64,000 nucleotides of DNA from Coleofasciculus sp. B1-GNL1-01. Its GTDB lineage: Bacteria; Cyanobacteriota; Cyanobacteriia; Cyanobacteriales; Coleofasciculaceae. The position numbers were made by a program, and so were the translations under genes. This document shows, piece after piece, positions 20,331-30,565 of this stretch. Within the stretch, counting starts at the first letter, position 1. Each line of letters begins with the position of its first letter. The stretch lies in assembly GCA_040220235.1 (NCBI GenBank), contig JAVJTO010000004.1; one strand, 5' to 3'. The notes beneath the pieces are model-generated. The model saw only the letters and a list, made by a program, of their open reading frames with translations, was not told the DNA's origin and searched no databases.

Positions 20331-20395
20331 GTAGGGGCGACCCGCTTGTATAAATGAACAACTTTTGTCGTCTCGATTTGGTCGGGTCGCCCTCT
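20331..20395. repeat. GTAG REP doublet
   Basis: GTAGGGGCGACCCG...CGGGTCGCCC inverted arms between convergent genes. Confidence 0.7.
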
Positions 20396-20454
20396 ATGAT
20401 TCGGTGAGATTGCAAGCATTTATCCCCTACGTTTCCCTACATTTAGGTGTACTA

Positions 20455-21078
20455 TTACCCTTCTGTCATTGCCACAATTTGAAGCGTTCTTAGTTCTAAC
20501 TGAGGAAACCAAGGAGACAGAATTGTCGCGTCTCCTTGATATCGCGCTGCCTGGTATTCATCGTCAATCAAACGATTGATCGTTACCGTGGGTTGTTTAG
20601 GAGATCCAATATATTGAACGCCTCCGAGTCCGGCATAATCGACGATCCAGTATTCCGGGATTCCGAGTGTTTCGTACTCATTTAATTTAATCCGGTAATC
20701 GTCCCGCCAATTGGTGCTGACAACTTCAATCACCAGGGGAGGTGGTATGTATGCTGCCGCAGATGCTGAACTTTGACGCATTCTTTGCCATTCGTCTTTG
20801 GCGAATACGACAATATCGGCTTTACGACTGGACTCATTTTCACCAGGGGCGTTATTCAAGCGAACTTGTTTGCTCTGACGGGGAACATAAGGCAGATTCA
20901 AGTCTTGGCAGTGGTTGATTAGGATACGACAAAGCCCATCAACAACGTCTTCATGTTTGGCTGTGGGTTCGCTGAGAGGCATAGCAACTCCTTGGACAAG
21001 CTCGAATGACCTACCGGAGCCGTCATCCCAGTTGAGAAATTCCTCAAAGGTCAGGGGTTTTTGCGCGATCGCGATCAT
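20455..21078 (-). CDS. Uma2 family endonuclease
   Basis: ADIVV, LVIEVVSTNWRDDY and GIPEYWIVD motifs. Confidence 0.9.
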   Translation of the reverse strand: MIAIAQKPLTFEEFLNWDDGSGRSFELVQGVAMPLSEPTAKHEDVVDGLCRILINHCQDLNLPYVPRQSKQVRLNNAPGENESSRKADIVVFAKDEWQRMRQSSASAAAYIPPPLVIEVVSTNWRDDYRIKLNEYETLGIPEYWIVDYAGLGGVQYIGSPKQPTVTINRLIDDEYQAARYQGDATILSPWFPQLELRTLQIVAMTEG

Positions 21079-21126
21079 TGTTATTGCTCCAATCCATCGG
21101 TCAGCTTGATTTTGCTTATGTCTATG

Positions 21127-21239
21127 TTAAGGTTAATGGCACTGAAATAAACAGTTTTGGAACGCCAAAATCCTTGATATAATATATAGTAGGGTGGGCA
21201 TTGCCCACCAGCCTAACAGGAGCGTGACATTCATCTTCA
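21127..21239. mobile_element. TTAA-ended MITE-like element carrying a REP
   Basis: Left end TTAAGGTTAATGGCACTGAAATAA and right end GTGACATTCATCTTCA; same ends at 45430-45536. Confidence 0.55.
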
Positions 21240-21403
21240 GTGAATTTTTCTACCCAACTTCCAAATGTGTAGACGATAGGTTGGGTGGAGCGTCAGCGAT
21301 ACCCAACGATAACGATATGATTGCAGTGATTGATAAAACACCAGTCTCAATCGATCAATTCCTGGATTAGTATCCACAGATTTCAGAGAACCGCTACGAA
21401 TTG

Positions 21404-21565
21404 CGGCGCTACATTGGCTCACCCAAGCAGCCAACGTTCACGGTTTGCACCATGGTGGATGGGGAATACGAATTACAGCAGTTTCGTGGCAATGACCGTA
21501 TTATTTCTCCCACATTCCCCGAATGAGAATTAACGGTCAACCAGATTTTCCATCCAGGTGAATGA
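21404..21565 (+). pseudogene. Uma2 endonuclease C-terminal remnant
   Basis: Manual translation RRYIGSPKQPTFTVCTMVDGEYELQQFRGNDRIISPTFPE*ELTVNQIF matches the neighbouring Uma2 C-terminus; internal TGA and no 5' part. Confidence 0.8.
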
Positions 21566-21608
21566 GCCAGTGGTGGGTGACGATCGCGCCTTGGTACGAT
21601 AGACCTAT

Positions 21609-21726
21609 CGTAGGTTGGGTGGAGCGATCGCGATACCCAACAATTGCCAGGTTTACGTCAATCTTTCGCGATTATTGACAGATAGATATGAGCGATGTTG
21701 GGTTTCGTTCTAAGGGGCAAACCTAC
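21609..21726. repeat. GTAGGTTGGG-type REP doublet
   Basis: GTAGGTTGGGTGGAGCG..CGATACCCAACA and inverted TGTTGGGTTTCG..AACCTAC; related single copies at about 21277-21307 and 25243-25272. Confidence 0.7.
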
Positions 21727-21930
21727 GATCCTCTGCTCCCAGACGCGCCATGGCATGTCTGGAACATTGCTTCCCCTGTTCCTGGAATACCTCCGCTCCC
21801 CCTCTTCCTCACGATAGAATGGGTAAAATGACCAGCGATCGCACTGCCTCTGGTCAACTATCCATTAAAATCTCTAAAGTTATTGTATATAGCGATTTGG
21901 CATTAACAGCGAGAGGAGACAAAAGCACGC

Positions 21931-23988
21931 ATGGGCAAGGTAGTCGGCATTGACCTAGGGACAACAAACTCTGTGGTAGCCGTCATGGAGGGTGGCAAGC
22001 CGGTTGTCATTGCTAATGCAGAAGGTATGCGGACAACCCCTTCTGTGGTGGCGTTTAGCAAGGAGGGGGAACGCTTAGTCGGACAAATGGCACGCCGCCA
22101 AGGGGTTCTCAATCCCCAAAATACGTTTTATGGGATTAAGCGATTTATGGGGCGTCGATATAGTGAACTCAATCCGGAGTCGAAGCGCGTCCCCTATACG
22201 ATTCGCCGTGATCCAGAAGACGCGATTAAAATTCGCTGTCCTCGGCTGAAGCAGGAATTTTTCCCGGAAGAGATTTCGGCGATGGTACTGCGGAAGTTGG
22301 CGGATGAGGCGACTCGCTATCTGGGTGAAGAGGTGACGGGGGCGGTAATTACAGTTCCCGCTTATTTTAATGATTCCCAACGACAGGCGACACGAGATGC
22401 AGGGCGGATTGCGGGGTTGGAGGTGTTGCGAATTCTCAATGAACCAACCGCCGCTTCCCTAGCGTATGGGTTGGATCGCCAAGATAGTCAGACGATTTTA
22501 GTTTTTGATTTGGGCGGGGGTACGTTTGATGTCTCGATTCTAGATGTGGGGGATGGCGTTTTTGAGGTGAAAGCCACCAGTGGCGATACCCAGTTGGGGG
22601 GAAATGATTTTGACCGCAAAATTGTGGATTGGCTAGCCGAACAGTTCCTGGAAGCCGAAGGGGTAGATTTACGCCGCGATCGCCAAGCCTTACAGCGATT
22701 GATGGAAGCCGCCGAAAAAGCCAAGATTGAGCTTTCGGGGGTGGGGGTGACGGAGATTAATTTACCCTTTATTACCGCCACTGCTGATGGACCCAAGCAT
22801 CTGGAAACCCGCCTGACTCGTCCCGAATTTGAGGGATTGTGTGGGGATTTAGTCAGTCGTTTACGTCGTCCCCTCAAACGCGCCTTCAAAGATGCGGGAT
22901 TGACGCCTGTACAGATTGATGAGGTGGTTTTGGTTGGAGGTTCAACTCGCATTCCTTTAGTTCAGCAATTGGTGCGGAGTTTGATTGACAAAGAACCGAA
23001 TCAAAATGTGAATCCCGATGAAGTAGTGTCCGTCGGCGCCGCCATTCAAGCGGGTATCCTGAGTAATGAAGTTAAGGATGTGCTGTTGCTGGATGTGACG
23101 CCGTTATCGATGGGATTGGAAACCATTGGTGGGGTGATGAAAAAGCTGATCCCCCGGAATACGACGATCCCGGTGCGGCGATCGGATATCTTTTCCACCA
23201 GCGAAAATAATCAAACCCTGGTGGAAATTCATGTTCTGCAAGGGGAACGGGAAATGGCGAGTGATAACAAATCCCTGGGACGGTTTAAGCTGACCGGGAT
23301 TCCGCCTGCGCCTCGCGGGGTTCCCCAAGTGCAAGTGGCGTTTGATATTGACGCCAATGGGATTTTACAGGTAACCGCCCTGGATAAAACCACAGGACGG
23401 GAGCAAAGTGTGACAATTCAAGGTGCATCGACCTTAAATGAGTCGCAAGTGCAACAGATGATTCGGGACGCCGAGGAAAACGCCCAATTAGATCGTCAAC
23501 GTCGGGAACGGGTAGAAAAGCGCAATCGCGCCGAAACCATGGCGACGGATGCGGAACGTCAACTCAAAGAAGTTACCCTGGATTTTGGCACTCAATTTGC
23601 CAGTGCGTATCGGCGGCGGATTGAAGCCTTGGTGCTGGAACTGCGAGACGCGATCGCCCAAAATGATGATCGGGGGATTGACCGGGCGCAGTCAGATTTA
23701 CAAGATACTCTCTATGAACTCAAACGGGAGGTACGGTTAGCTTACGCCGACGATGAGGATGATGACTTTTTTGGCTCAATTCGCCGTGTCTTCACTGGAG
23801 AAGACGAAGAGGACGCCTATTGGGAACCCAGACGACGTGAACCCCGTGATCCTTATGATTACGGTGTAGGGACAGGTCGATCCAGTCGCCGACGCGATTA
23901 CGAAAGACCAAGAAGTTATTCCCGTCGCGATGTCCGTTCCGCCCCCTTAGAAAATGATTGGGATGAAGAGGATGATGATTGGTTTTAA
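21931..23988 (+). CDS. dnaK: Chaperone DnaK, cyanobacterial DnaK3 type
   Basis: [17 protein letters not shown] and LVGGSTRIP motifs; acidic tail ending DDDWF; followed by dnaJ. Confidence 0.97.
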   Translation: MGKVVGIDLGTTNSVVAVMEGGKPVVIANAEGMRTTPSVVAFSKEGERLVGQMARRQGVLNPQNTFYGIKRFMGRRYSELNPESKRVPYTIRRDPEDAIKIRCPRLKQEFFPEEISAMVLRKLADEATRYLGEEVTGAVITVPAYFNDSQRQATRDAGRIAGLEVLRILNEPTAASLAYGLDRQDSQTILVFDLGGGTFDVSILDVGDGVFEVKATSGDTQLGGNDFDRKIVDWLAEQFLEAEGVDLRRDRQALQRLMEAAEKAKIELSGVGVTEINLPFITATADGPKHLETRLTRPEFEGLCGDLVSRLRRPLKRAFKDAGLTPVQIDEVVLVGGSTRIPLVQQLVRSLIDKEPNQNVNPDEVVSVGAAIQAGILSNEVKDVLLLDVTPLSMGLETIGGVMKKLIPRNTTIPVRRSDIFSTSENNQTLVEIHVLQGEREMASDNKSLGRFKLTGIPPAPRGVPQVQVAFDIDANGILQVTALDKTTGREQSVTIQGASTLNESQVQQMIRDAEENAQLDRQRRERVEKRNRAETMATDAERQLKEVTLDFGTQFASAYRRRIEALVLELRDAIAQNDDRGIDRAQSDLQDTLYELKREVRLAYADDEDDDFFGSIRRVFTGEDEEDAYWEPRRREPRDPYDYGVGTGRSSRRRDYERPRSYSRRDVRSAPLENDWDEEDDDWF

Positions 23989-24035
23989 ATCGTGTTGACC
24001 CTTCACTTCCGAAAGAGGGCATGGCGCGTGATTGT

Positions 24036-24101
24036 GTAGGGGCGGGTTTAGGGACTAATATTGATTGTTGTTCCTAGCTTGGCTGCAAAACCCGCCCCGA
24101 C
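24036..24101. repeat. GTAGGGGCGGGTTT REP doublet
   Basis: Inverted arms GGGGCGGGTTT/AAACCCGCCCC separated by about 38 nt. Confidence 0.8.
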
Positions 24102-24125
24102 TAAGTTTTGACGGCGAGACCTATT

Positions 24126-24204
24126 TGACAAATGACAAATGACGAATGACGAATGACAAATGACGAATGACAAATGACGAATGACAAATGACAAATGACT
24201 GACA
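24126..24204 (+). repeat. STRR2-type heptamer array TGAC(A/G)AA, about 11 copies
   Basis: Directly visible tandem repeat abutting the dnaJ start. Confidence 0.9.
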
Positions 24205-25200
24205 ATGCAAAACTTTCGGAATTATTACGAGATTTTAGGAGTTACCCCCGATGCATCCAATGATGAGATAAAAAAGGCATTTCGGCGACTCGCCCGTAAA
24301 TATCACCCAGATGTGAATCCAGGGGATAAACAGGCTGAAGAACGGTTTAAGGATATTAACGAAGCCAACGAAGTCCTGTCTGATCCCAGTCGGCGATCGC
24401 AGTATGATCAGGTTGGCAACTTCTTTAAGAAGAAAGGATTTACCCGTAAGGCGACGAAAACCAGTCCAGTCAGAACCGCCTTCTCCCGTAATGGTCGGGG
24501 GCGTACTTCTAGCCAAGAAGTGGACTATAGTGAGTTTGGTGACTTTAACAGCTTTGTTGAACAACTTCTAGGACGCCGTCCGCCTCGTCCTGGTATGGGA
24601 ACAGAACGGACAGGAAGCCGAGTTGAGTCCTCAGATTCGTTTCGTCCTGGAACTCGTAGAACCGCTTATCGAGTTAATTCTAGCGCCCAGCCGAAAAATG
24701 TAGAGGCGCGATTAACATTACCTTTAGAAAAAGCCTATACCGGAGGAATTGAGCGAATTCGCCTCGAAGATGGTCGATCCTTAGAAGTCGAATTACCCGG
24801 AAACATGGTCACGAATCAGCGAGTGCGCCTCAAGGGTCAGGGAATCGCGGGTGGGGATTTATTTTTAATTATTACGGTTTCGCCCCATCCGTTCTTCAAG
24901 CTGAGAGGGTCAGATATTATTTGCCAGTTACCCGTGACAGCCGCCGAAGCGGTATTAGGAACGCCTGTAGACGTACCGACTCTGGATGGGCGCGTGAAAA
25001 TGAATATTCCGGCGGGGGTGCAATCCGGTCAACGATTACGCCTTGCGAATAAGGGGTATCCTATAGAAGGAGAACGGGGTGATCAGTTAGTTGAAATTCA
25101 AATTGTAGTGCCGAAAACGCCAACTCCGCAAGCGCGAGAACTGTATCAGAAGTTGTTAGAAATTGAACGGTTTAATCCTCGGCGGGATTTGCCGATTTGA
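24205..25200 (+). CDS. dnaJ: DnaJ class II co-chaperone (no zinc finger)
   Basis: J domain with HPD plus a DnaJ C-terminal domain. Confidence 0.93.
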   Translation: MQNFRNYYEILGVTPDASNDEIKKAFRRLARKYHPDVNPGDKQAEERFKDINEANEVLSDPSRRSQYDQVGNFFKKKGFTRKATKTSPVRTAFSRNGRGRTSSQEVDYSEFGDFNSFVEQLLGRRPPRPGMGTERTGSRVESSDSFRPGTRRTAYRVNSSAQPKNVEARLTLPLEKAYTGGIERIRLEDGRSLEVELPGNMVTNQRVRLKGQGIAGGDLFLIITVSPHPFFKLRGSDIICQLPVTAAEAVLGTPVDVPTLDGRVKMNIPAGVQSGQRLRLANKGYPIEGERGDQLVEIQIVVPKTPTPQARELYQKLLEIERFNPRRDLPI

Positions 25201-25341
25201 GGGAAAGGTAGAGGATGAGGGGAGAGCGATCATGTCACCTTGGTCGGTCGGGTTGACGAAAGAAAACCCAACACCCTCGAAACAAAGATAAAACGCGGTA
25301 GGATAAGGAGTCATTATCGGATATGAGGAGGAGATTTAGGT

Positions 25342-25521
25342 ATGTACAAAAATGAAATTCTGGAAGAAATTCACCAATATCGAGAAGAATATGCTTGCTC
25401 ATTTCAATATGATTTGAAAGCTATTTTTAATGATTTGCAAAAAAAGCAAGCAGCTCACAAAGACAGACTGGTTAAACTTCCGATCAAACGCTGGTCGAAC
25501 CAAAAAATCAGCCGTTGCTAA
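25342..25521 (+). CDS. 59-aa small protein (not in the ORF track), antitoxin-like
   Basis: MYKNEILEEIHQYREEYACSFQYDLKAIFNDLQKKQ...; GAGGAGG upstream; resembles small proteins found beside cyanobacterial PIN genes. Confidence 0.65.
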   Translation: MYKNEILEEIHQYREEYACSFQYDLKAIFNDLQKKQAAHKDRLVKLPIKRWSNQKISRC

Positions 25522-25585
25522 CGAGATATGGAGAGATTACAGTAATACTTACACTCTACCCAACCCACAAGAATCTTGTGAGCAT

Positions 25586-25798
25586 TTATTTCTCTTCTGG
25601 TTGATCGGGAATAGATTTAAGCGGTGTTTTGAGTAATACCCAATCGAGATAGAGAATAAAAATATGCATTTTCGCAAAATTACTGACACGTTGAAGCTTG
25701 CGATCGCGCAGCACCCACGCCCAGAGTTTCTCGACCAGCAGTACCAGAACGATTTCGGCAGACTTCTCTAGAGCCAGAACTAAGATATTTTCAACCAT
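25586..25798 (-). CDS. 70-aa hydrophobic hypothetical protein, divergent from the NACHT gene
   Basis: ATG start with AAGG upstream, two hydrophobic stretches, contains a HIP1 site. Confidence 0.55.
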   Translation of the reverse strand: MVENILVLALEKSAEIVLVLLVEKLWAWVLRDRKLQRVSNFAKMHIFILYLDWVLLKTPLKSIPDQPEEK

Positions 25799-25820
25799 TT
25801 CAATAACCTTGCTAGTTTGT

Positions 25821-25930
25821 TGACTCTTCTAAAGTCGCTGAAATGAAGTAAAAGCAAGGCTTTTGGCGTGTGTGAGTTGTGTATGCGCTATGGGTGACTT
25901 TTGCTTGATGTCGCTAAAATTAAGTAAAAG
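25821..25930. promoter_or_regulatory. Twin direct repeats in a divergent promoter (putative operators)
   Basis: GTCGCTGAAATGAAGTAAAAG (25834-54) and GTCGCTAAAATTAAGTAAAAG (25910-30), 19/21 identical, each preceded by TGACT. Confidence 0.55.
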
Positions 25931-25944
25931 ATTACTATTAGGCT

Positions 25945-28431
25945 ATGGTTGAGCGATCGCTTAGGGCTTCTCCAGAGGGCAGAAAGACGGCAAAAACAGC
26001 GCTCATTGGCTGTCGTCTGACTCAGCAGCAATTGGCAGATGCATTAGGAGTCACTCGTCAACCAATCGGTAAGTTTTTCAAGGGTAAGCCTGTTGATCGC
26101 GAACTATTTGTCCGCATCTGCGAAAAGTTGAAGCTGGATTGGCAGGCGATCGCACAGAAAGATGATGAACTTGAAACAGAGCCAAACCGGAACCAAGACT
26201 CTGACATTGATGTTCTAGTCCAAGAAATCCGTAAGCAGGTCGAGCCTACCATCCGAGAGCGATGTGGCACAATGCGGGTACTGGATATGAGCCAGCCGAT
26301 TGGTTTAGGCAAAATCTACACCAGCGTCAATATCTTGGAAAAACTGACGAAAACGAGAGGACTGGAATTAGCGGATCTGATGCGGGATACCTCTCCAGAG
26401 GAGTTTGATCGCTTCTGCTTGGGTAATGTCAGAGCAAGGCGCATTCCAGGATTGGAAGCGGTTGAGCAATTCTCCAAGTTGATGATTCTTGGGAAACCAG
26501 GTGCGGGAAAAACGACGTTCCTGAAGCATCTGGCGATTCAGTGCATCGGCGGGAAGTTTCAGACAGAAAGGATTCCGGTATTCATCACATTAAAAGACTT
26601 TGCCGAAACTGATGGGAATCCGGATTTGCTGGAGTACCTTGATCAGTCACTCCTGATGCACCCCGCTTTACAAAATGTGGTCTGTGCAGGTAGAGCATTA
26701 ATTTTATTGGATGGCTTGGATGAGGTTAGAGATGCTGATAGCGATCGGGTATTGCGGCAAATTACCGTATTTTCACAGCAGTTTCCCCAAAATCAATTCG
26801 TCATTACTTGCCGGATTGCGGCACGGGAATACACGTTTGAGAAATTCACAGAAGTAGAAATTGCTGACTTTGACGACAAGCAAATTGCTGATTTTTCCGG
26901 TAAATGGTTCCGTAGCAAAAACGACCCGATTAAGGCAGAACGGTTCCTGCACAAGCTACAGGAAAATGAACCTATCCGAGAACTGGCAACGAATCCGCTA
27001 TTGCTGACACTGCTATGTCTAGTTTTTGAAGACTCCGGCAGTTTTCCTACCAATCGCGCTGAACTATATGAAAACGGTGTGGATGTGTTACTGAAAAAAT
27101 GGGATGTTAAGCGCAATATTGAACGCGATCACGTTTACAAAGGGCTGTCATTAAAGCGAAAAAAAGATTTACTCAGTCAAATTGCCCGAACAACTTTTGA
27201 AGAGGGAAACTACTTTTTTAAACAACGGCAACTGGAGCGCTACATCAGCGAATATATCCAAAATTTATCAGGTGCTAGCACTGATCTCGAAGCATTGGAA
27301 ATAGATAGTGCAGCCGTATTGAAGTCGATTGAAGCACAGCATGGGCTGTTAGTGGAACGGGCAAGAGGTATCTATTCCTTCTCACATCTGACTTTTCACG
27401 AGTATTTCACTGCCCGTAAGATTGTGATGAGTTGCAATCCCTATGCTGCTGATGATCTGACGCTGCAAGAGTTGGTAAGTCACGTTGGTGAGAAGCGCTG
27501 GCGGGAAGTGTTTTTGCTAACGACTCAAAGTTTAGACCCTGCAGATGCATTGTTGCGGTTGATGAAAGCTCAGATTGATAGGCTGTTGGTAGGAAATGAG
27601 AGGTTACAGGAGTTTTTAATCTGGGTGGATGAGAAGGCGCGATCAGTTAAAGTACCATTTAAGTTGGCTTCCGTTAGAGCATTTTACCTCGCTCTTGAAC
27701 AGAGATTAGAAATTGATTCTAATCAGGCTAACGTCCGGGAATTTCCTATTCCGACGCTAGCCTTTAGTATAGATCCTGATTTTGCTTTTGCTTATGATTT
27801 AGGAATTGATTTTGAGTTGCTCAAAACTTTATTAGCTTCTCAAATAATTGAAGAAGCTACTCGTTCTGTTAATATAAAAAGTTTGAGTTTTTATGATAAT
27901 GACGGAAATTATTATGATGATGGTGGGGTTTATCTGGGTAAGGAAGATACATTTATACTGGGTGATGATGACTCCGATCTCAATCAGTACCAAGCTAAGG
28001 TTTATGGACAATTTTGGGACGACGTCAAAGAAAAATGGAATGTGGACAGTGATATAAGCCTCCATGACGAATTATATATTGTTTTTCAGTATCCCCTTGA
28101 GGAAAAACTAAGAGAAGAATTACTCTTTCTTAGAGAGCAATTACCTACGCCATTGGAATTTGCCAAAAATCCAGAAAATGAAGGTGAAGAAAACTGGAAT
28201 GATTGGGGTGAATTTGACTGCCAAAGTTGGACTTTGTCTCTATTAAATACTATGCTGGAACATCGTAACATTGGGCAAGACTGGCAGTTTAGCGATACTG
28301 AGGAAGCATGTGTTCAGCAGTATTACAACGCTAATAAGCTGCTGGTGGATTGCCTAAATAGCGATTGTTATGTCAGCCGGGAAGTCAGGCAGGAAATTGA
28401 GGATACATTACTTTTGCCAATGTCTGAGTAG
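25945..28431 (+). CDS. Xre-HTH + NACHT (STAND) NTPase with C-terminal helical domain
   Basis: LTQQQLADALGVTRQPI HTH; GKPGAGKT Walker A; LLDGLDE Walker B; TCR, NPLLL, FSHLTFHEY; HRNIG...LLLP C-terminus. Confidence 0.92.
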   Translation: MVERSLRASPEGRKTAKTALIGCRLTQQQLADALGVTRQPIGKFFKGKPVDRELFVRICEKLKLDWQAIAQKDDELETEPNRNQDSDIDVLVQEIRKQVEPTIRERCGTMRVLDMSQPIGLGKIYTSVNILEKLTKTRGLELADLMRDTSPEEFDRFCLGNVRARRIPGLEAVEQFSKLMILGKPGAGKTTFLKHLAIQCIGGKFQTERIPVFITLKDFAETDGNPDLLEYLDQSLLMHPALQNVVCAGRALILLDGLDEVRDADSDRVLRQITVFSQQFPQNQFVITCRIAAREYTFEKFTEVEIADFDDKQIADFSGKWFRSKNDPIKAERFLHKLQENEPIRELATNPLLLTLLCLVFEDSGSFPTNRAELYENGVDVLLKKWDVKRNIERDHVYKGLSLKRKKDLLSQIARTTFEEGNYFFKQRQLERYISEYIQNLSGASTDLEALEIDSAAVLKSIEAQHGLLVERARGIYSFSHLTFHEYFTARKIVMSCNPYAADDLTLQELVSHVGEKRWREVFLLTTQSLDPADALLRLMKAQIDRLLVGNERLQEFLIWVDEKARSVKVPFKLASVRAFYLALEQRLEIDSNQANVREFPIPTLAFSIDPDFAFAYDLGIDFELLKTLLASQIIEEATRSVNIKSLSFYDNDGNYYDDGGVYLGKEDTFILGDDDSDLNQYQAKVYGQFWDDVKEKWNVDSDISLHDELYIVFQYPLEEKLREELLFLREQLPTPLEFAKNPENEGEENWNDWGEFDCQSWTLSLLNTMLEHRNIGQDWQFSDTEEACVQQYYNANKLLVDCLNSDCYVSREVRQEIEDTLLLPMSE

Positions 28432-28483
28432 GTTCCCTCTCAATTACCATACGTTATGATAGCACCACACATCTAAAGGCTCT

Positions 28484-29137
28484 ATGGTTGAAGTTATTCA
28501 GGCAAGCAATCTAGCTTTATATGAACTAGAAGAAAGGTTTAACCTGGTACAGGTTCAAGACTATGACTTTTTCCCAGAGTGGCAGAGTATAGCACCAGAC
28601 TTGACAGCCTATGAACAGCATTGGCTTGATCAAGCTAAGGCAGATTTTCTCAGCCTTGCTAAGTATCCACTGCACGAAGAAATTGTCAAAATTGCTGTGT
28701 TAGCTCCAGTTTTGTCCATAGCAGGGTTATGTCGTGCGCCATTTGTTCCTGCGGCTGAAAAGCAGGTAGAAATTACATTTGAAGATGAAGATGAGGTGAT
28801 TCGAGGACGAGTCGATTTGCTGGTACTTTATCGTAATCTTTGGGTTGCCACAATTGAAACCAAACCAAAACAAGCAGATGTACTCACAGCTTTACCCCAA
28901 GCTTTACTTTACATGATGGCAAGTCCGATTAGTTCCCTTCCCCTGTTTGGATTGTTGACAAATGGTAATCATTTTATATTTGTGAAACTGCTCAAGCAGG
29001 AGACACCGAGTTATGGCTTATCAGAATTATTTACACTCCTGCGACAGGAGAATGATCTGTATCGAGTTGTGGGAATTTTGAAGCATTTGAGGGAGTTGGT
29101 GCTGAGTGAAGATTGGCAAGCGCAGCAAGTTTACTAG
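28484..29137 (+). CDS. PD-(D/E)xK restriction endonuclease-like protein (HsdR N-terminal-like)
   Basis: E..GRVD...IETK...Q...Y and GLLTNG motifs. Confidence 0.75.
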   Translation: MVEVIQASNLALYELEERFNLVQVQDYDFFPEWQSIAPDLTAYEQHWLDQAKADFLSLAKYPLHEEIVKIAVLAPVLSIAGLCRAPFVPAAEKQVEITFEDEDEVIRGRVDLLVLYRNLWVATIETKPKQADVLTALPQALLYMMASPISSLPLFGLLTNGNHFIFVKLLKQETPSYGLSELFTLLRQENDLYRVVGILKHLRELVLSEDWQAQQVY

Positions 29138-29202
29138 AGCGTCAGTCGGCGTAACTAAAATTAGCGCTTATGTAAATAAATGCCATAGCACGTTTGTTAA
29201 TT

Positions 29203-29321
29203 GTAGGGGCGGGTTTAGGGATGAAATCTAACGTAAAAGGGATGAAATCTAACGTAAAAGCCGATAACTGAACAACAAAACTCGCCCTTAAGAGCCGATA
29301 ATTGATCAATAAAACCCGTAC
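29203..29321. repeat. REP doublet with internal duplications
   Basis: GTAGGGGCGGGTTT arm, 21-bp perfect tandem repeat at 29218-29259, duplicated right arm. Confidence 0.75.
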
Positions 29322-29425
29322 ACCTGAATGTAGGGGATCTAGGCTTACGCCCTTATCGAAGTGCCGCATCAGCGCGGAAATCGTTATATAATGACTAGCA
29401 TCTGTAGAAAGCTGGAGTCATTCCC

Positions 29426-29656
29426 ATGTCGTTACAAGAACTAAAAGAACAGGCTTTCAAGTTATCCGTGAATGATCGCCTTGCACTCGTCAATGCTATT
29501 ATTCAATCTCTGCAAGATACCCTCAATCCACAACCCAACCGAAAAACCCTGATAAACCAGATGCGAGGATTGTTGAAAACTGATCAGCCACCACCAACTG
29601 ATACTCAAATTCAGGCAATCTTGGAAGAACGTCGGGTGGAGAAATATATCCAGTGA
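29426..29656 (+). CDS. Putative antitoxin
   Basis: 76 aa; GTGA overlap with the PIN gene. Confidence 0.7.
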   Translation: MSLQELKEQAFKLSVNDRLALVNAIIQSLQDTLNPQPNRKTLINQMRGLLKTDQPPPTDTQIQAILEERRVEKYIQ

Positions 29657-30066
29657 GAGTCCTGATCGATACTAATGTTATTTTAGATTATTTACTGGAA
29701 CGAGAGCCGTTTTTGCAAGATGCACAAGCCTTATTTCAGGCGATTGGTTCTGAGCAGGTTATTGGTTATGTTACAGCAACAACGCTAACTGATATCTTCT
29801 ACATTGCGAGAAGACAGACTCAGAGCGTTGAGCAGGCAAACCAAGTCGTCTCTATGACACTGGCAGTGATGGAAATTTGCCCAGTGGATCGCGCTGTATT
29901 GGAGGTAGCTTTAACATCTGGTATAAGAGATTTTGAAGATGCTGTGCAGGTTGCTTGTGCGATTGCTCAAACTTTAGATGCAATTGTTACCCGTGATACA
30001 CAGGATTTTTATAATGCAACCGTACCTGTTTTATCGGTTAGTCAACTATTGGAACAGTTGGAATAA
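29653..30066 (+). CDS. PIN domain (VapC-like) toxin
   Basis: VLIDTNVILD, DFEDA and IVTRD acidic motifs. Confidence 0.9.
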   Translation: MRVLIDTNVILDYLLEREPFLQDAQALFQAIGSEQVIGYVTATTLTDIFYIARRQTQSVEQANQVVSMTLAVMEICPVDRAVLEVALTSGIRDFEDAVQVACAIAQTLDAIVTRDTQDFYNATVPVLSVSQLLEQLE

Positions 30067-30310
30067 CTCTGTACTTTAACACTAATGCGATCGCTTCCCT
30101 CCAACAGACTCAAGAATCCTGGGTAAGGGGGAAACCAGAAGTTCCGTTATTCCCTCCCCTTGCCCAAGGGAGGGTCAGAAAGGGGTCTGTCTCTAGGTAT
30201 GGGAGTTTTTTAGCTTAAGTTGAATGGTAAGCCTTGCGCTCCTACAGTTGGTTGTACCGCACAGGAGAACCAGATTGCTATCATTTATGTGTAGCGGTGA
30301 GGACAGCGAA

Positions 30311-30565
30311 ATGACGATTGCGGAGGTTCGTGAGCTGGTGCAATATGTCACCAACGTTCATGGTGAAACAACTGGCGTATTAGTTCCTCTGAATGTTTGG
30401 GAAGAGCTTCTGAAATCGTTACAGGCTTTTGCCGATGAGCTTGAACAAATTGATGAAGCAGAACCTAATGAGCAAATTCTAGCAGATTTGAAGGATTCCC
30501 TTCGTTATGTGAAAGCAGGGCAAACGTTCCCTATCTCTGAATTATGGGATGGAATTGATGTCTGA
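30311..30565 (+). CDS. Putative antitoxin
   Basis: YVTNVHGETTGVLVP...GQTFPISELWDGID; overlaps the RelE-like gene; GAGG upstream of ATG 30311. Confidence 0.7.
   Translation: MTIAEVRELVQYVTNVHGETTGVLVPLNVWEELLKSLQAFADELEQIDEAEPNEQILADLKDSLRYVKAGQTFPISELWDGIDV

Noticed and set aside
29218..29259. Possible mini-CRISPR
   Set aside because: Adjacent tandem duplication with no spacer and no cas genes
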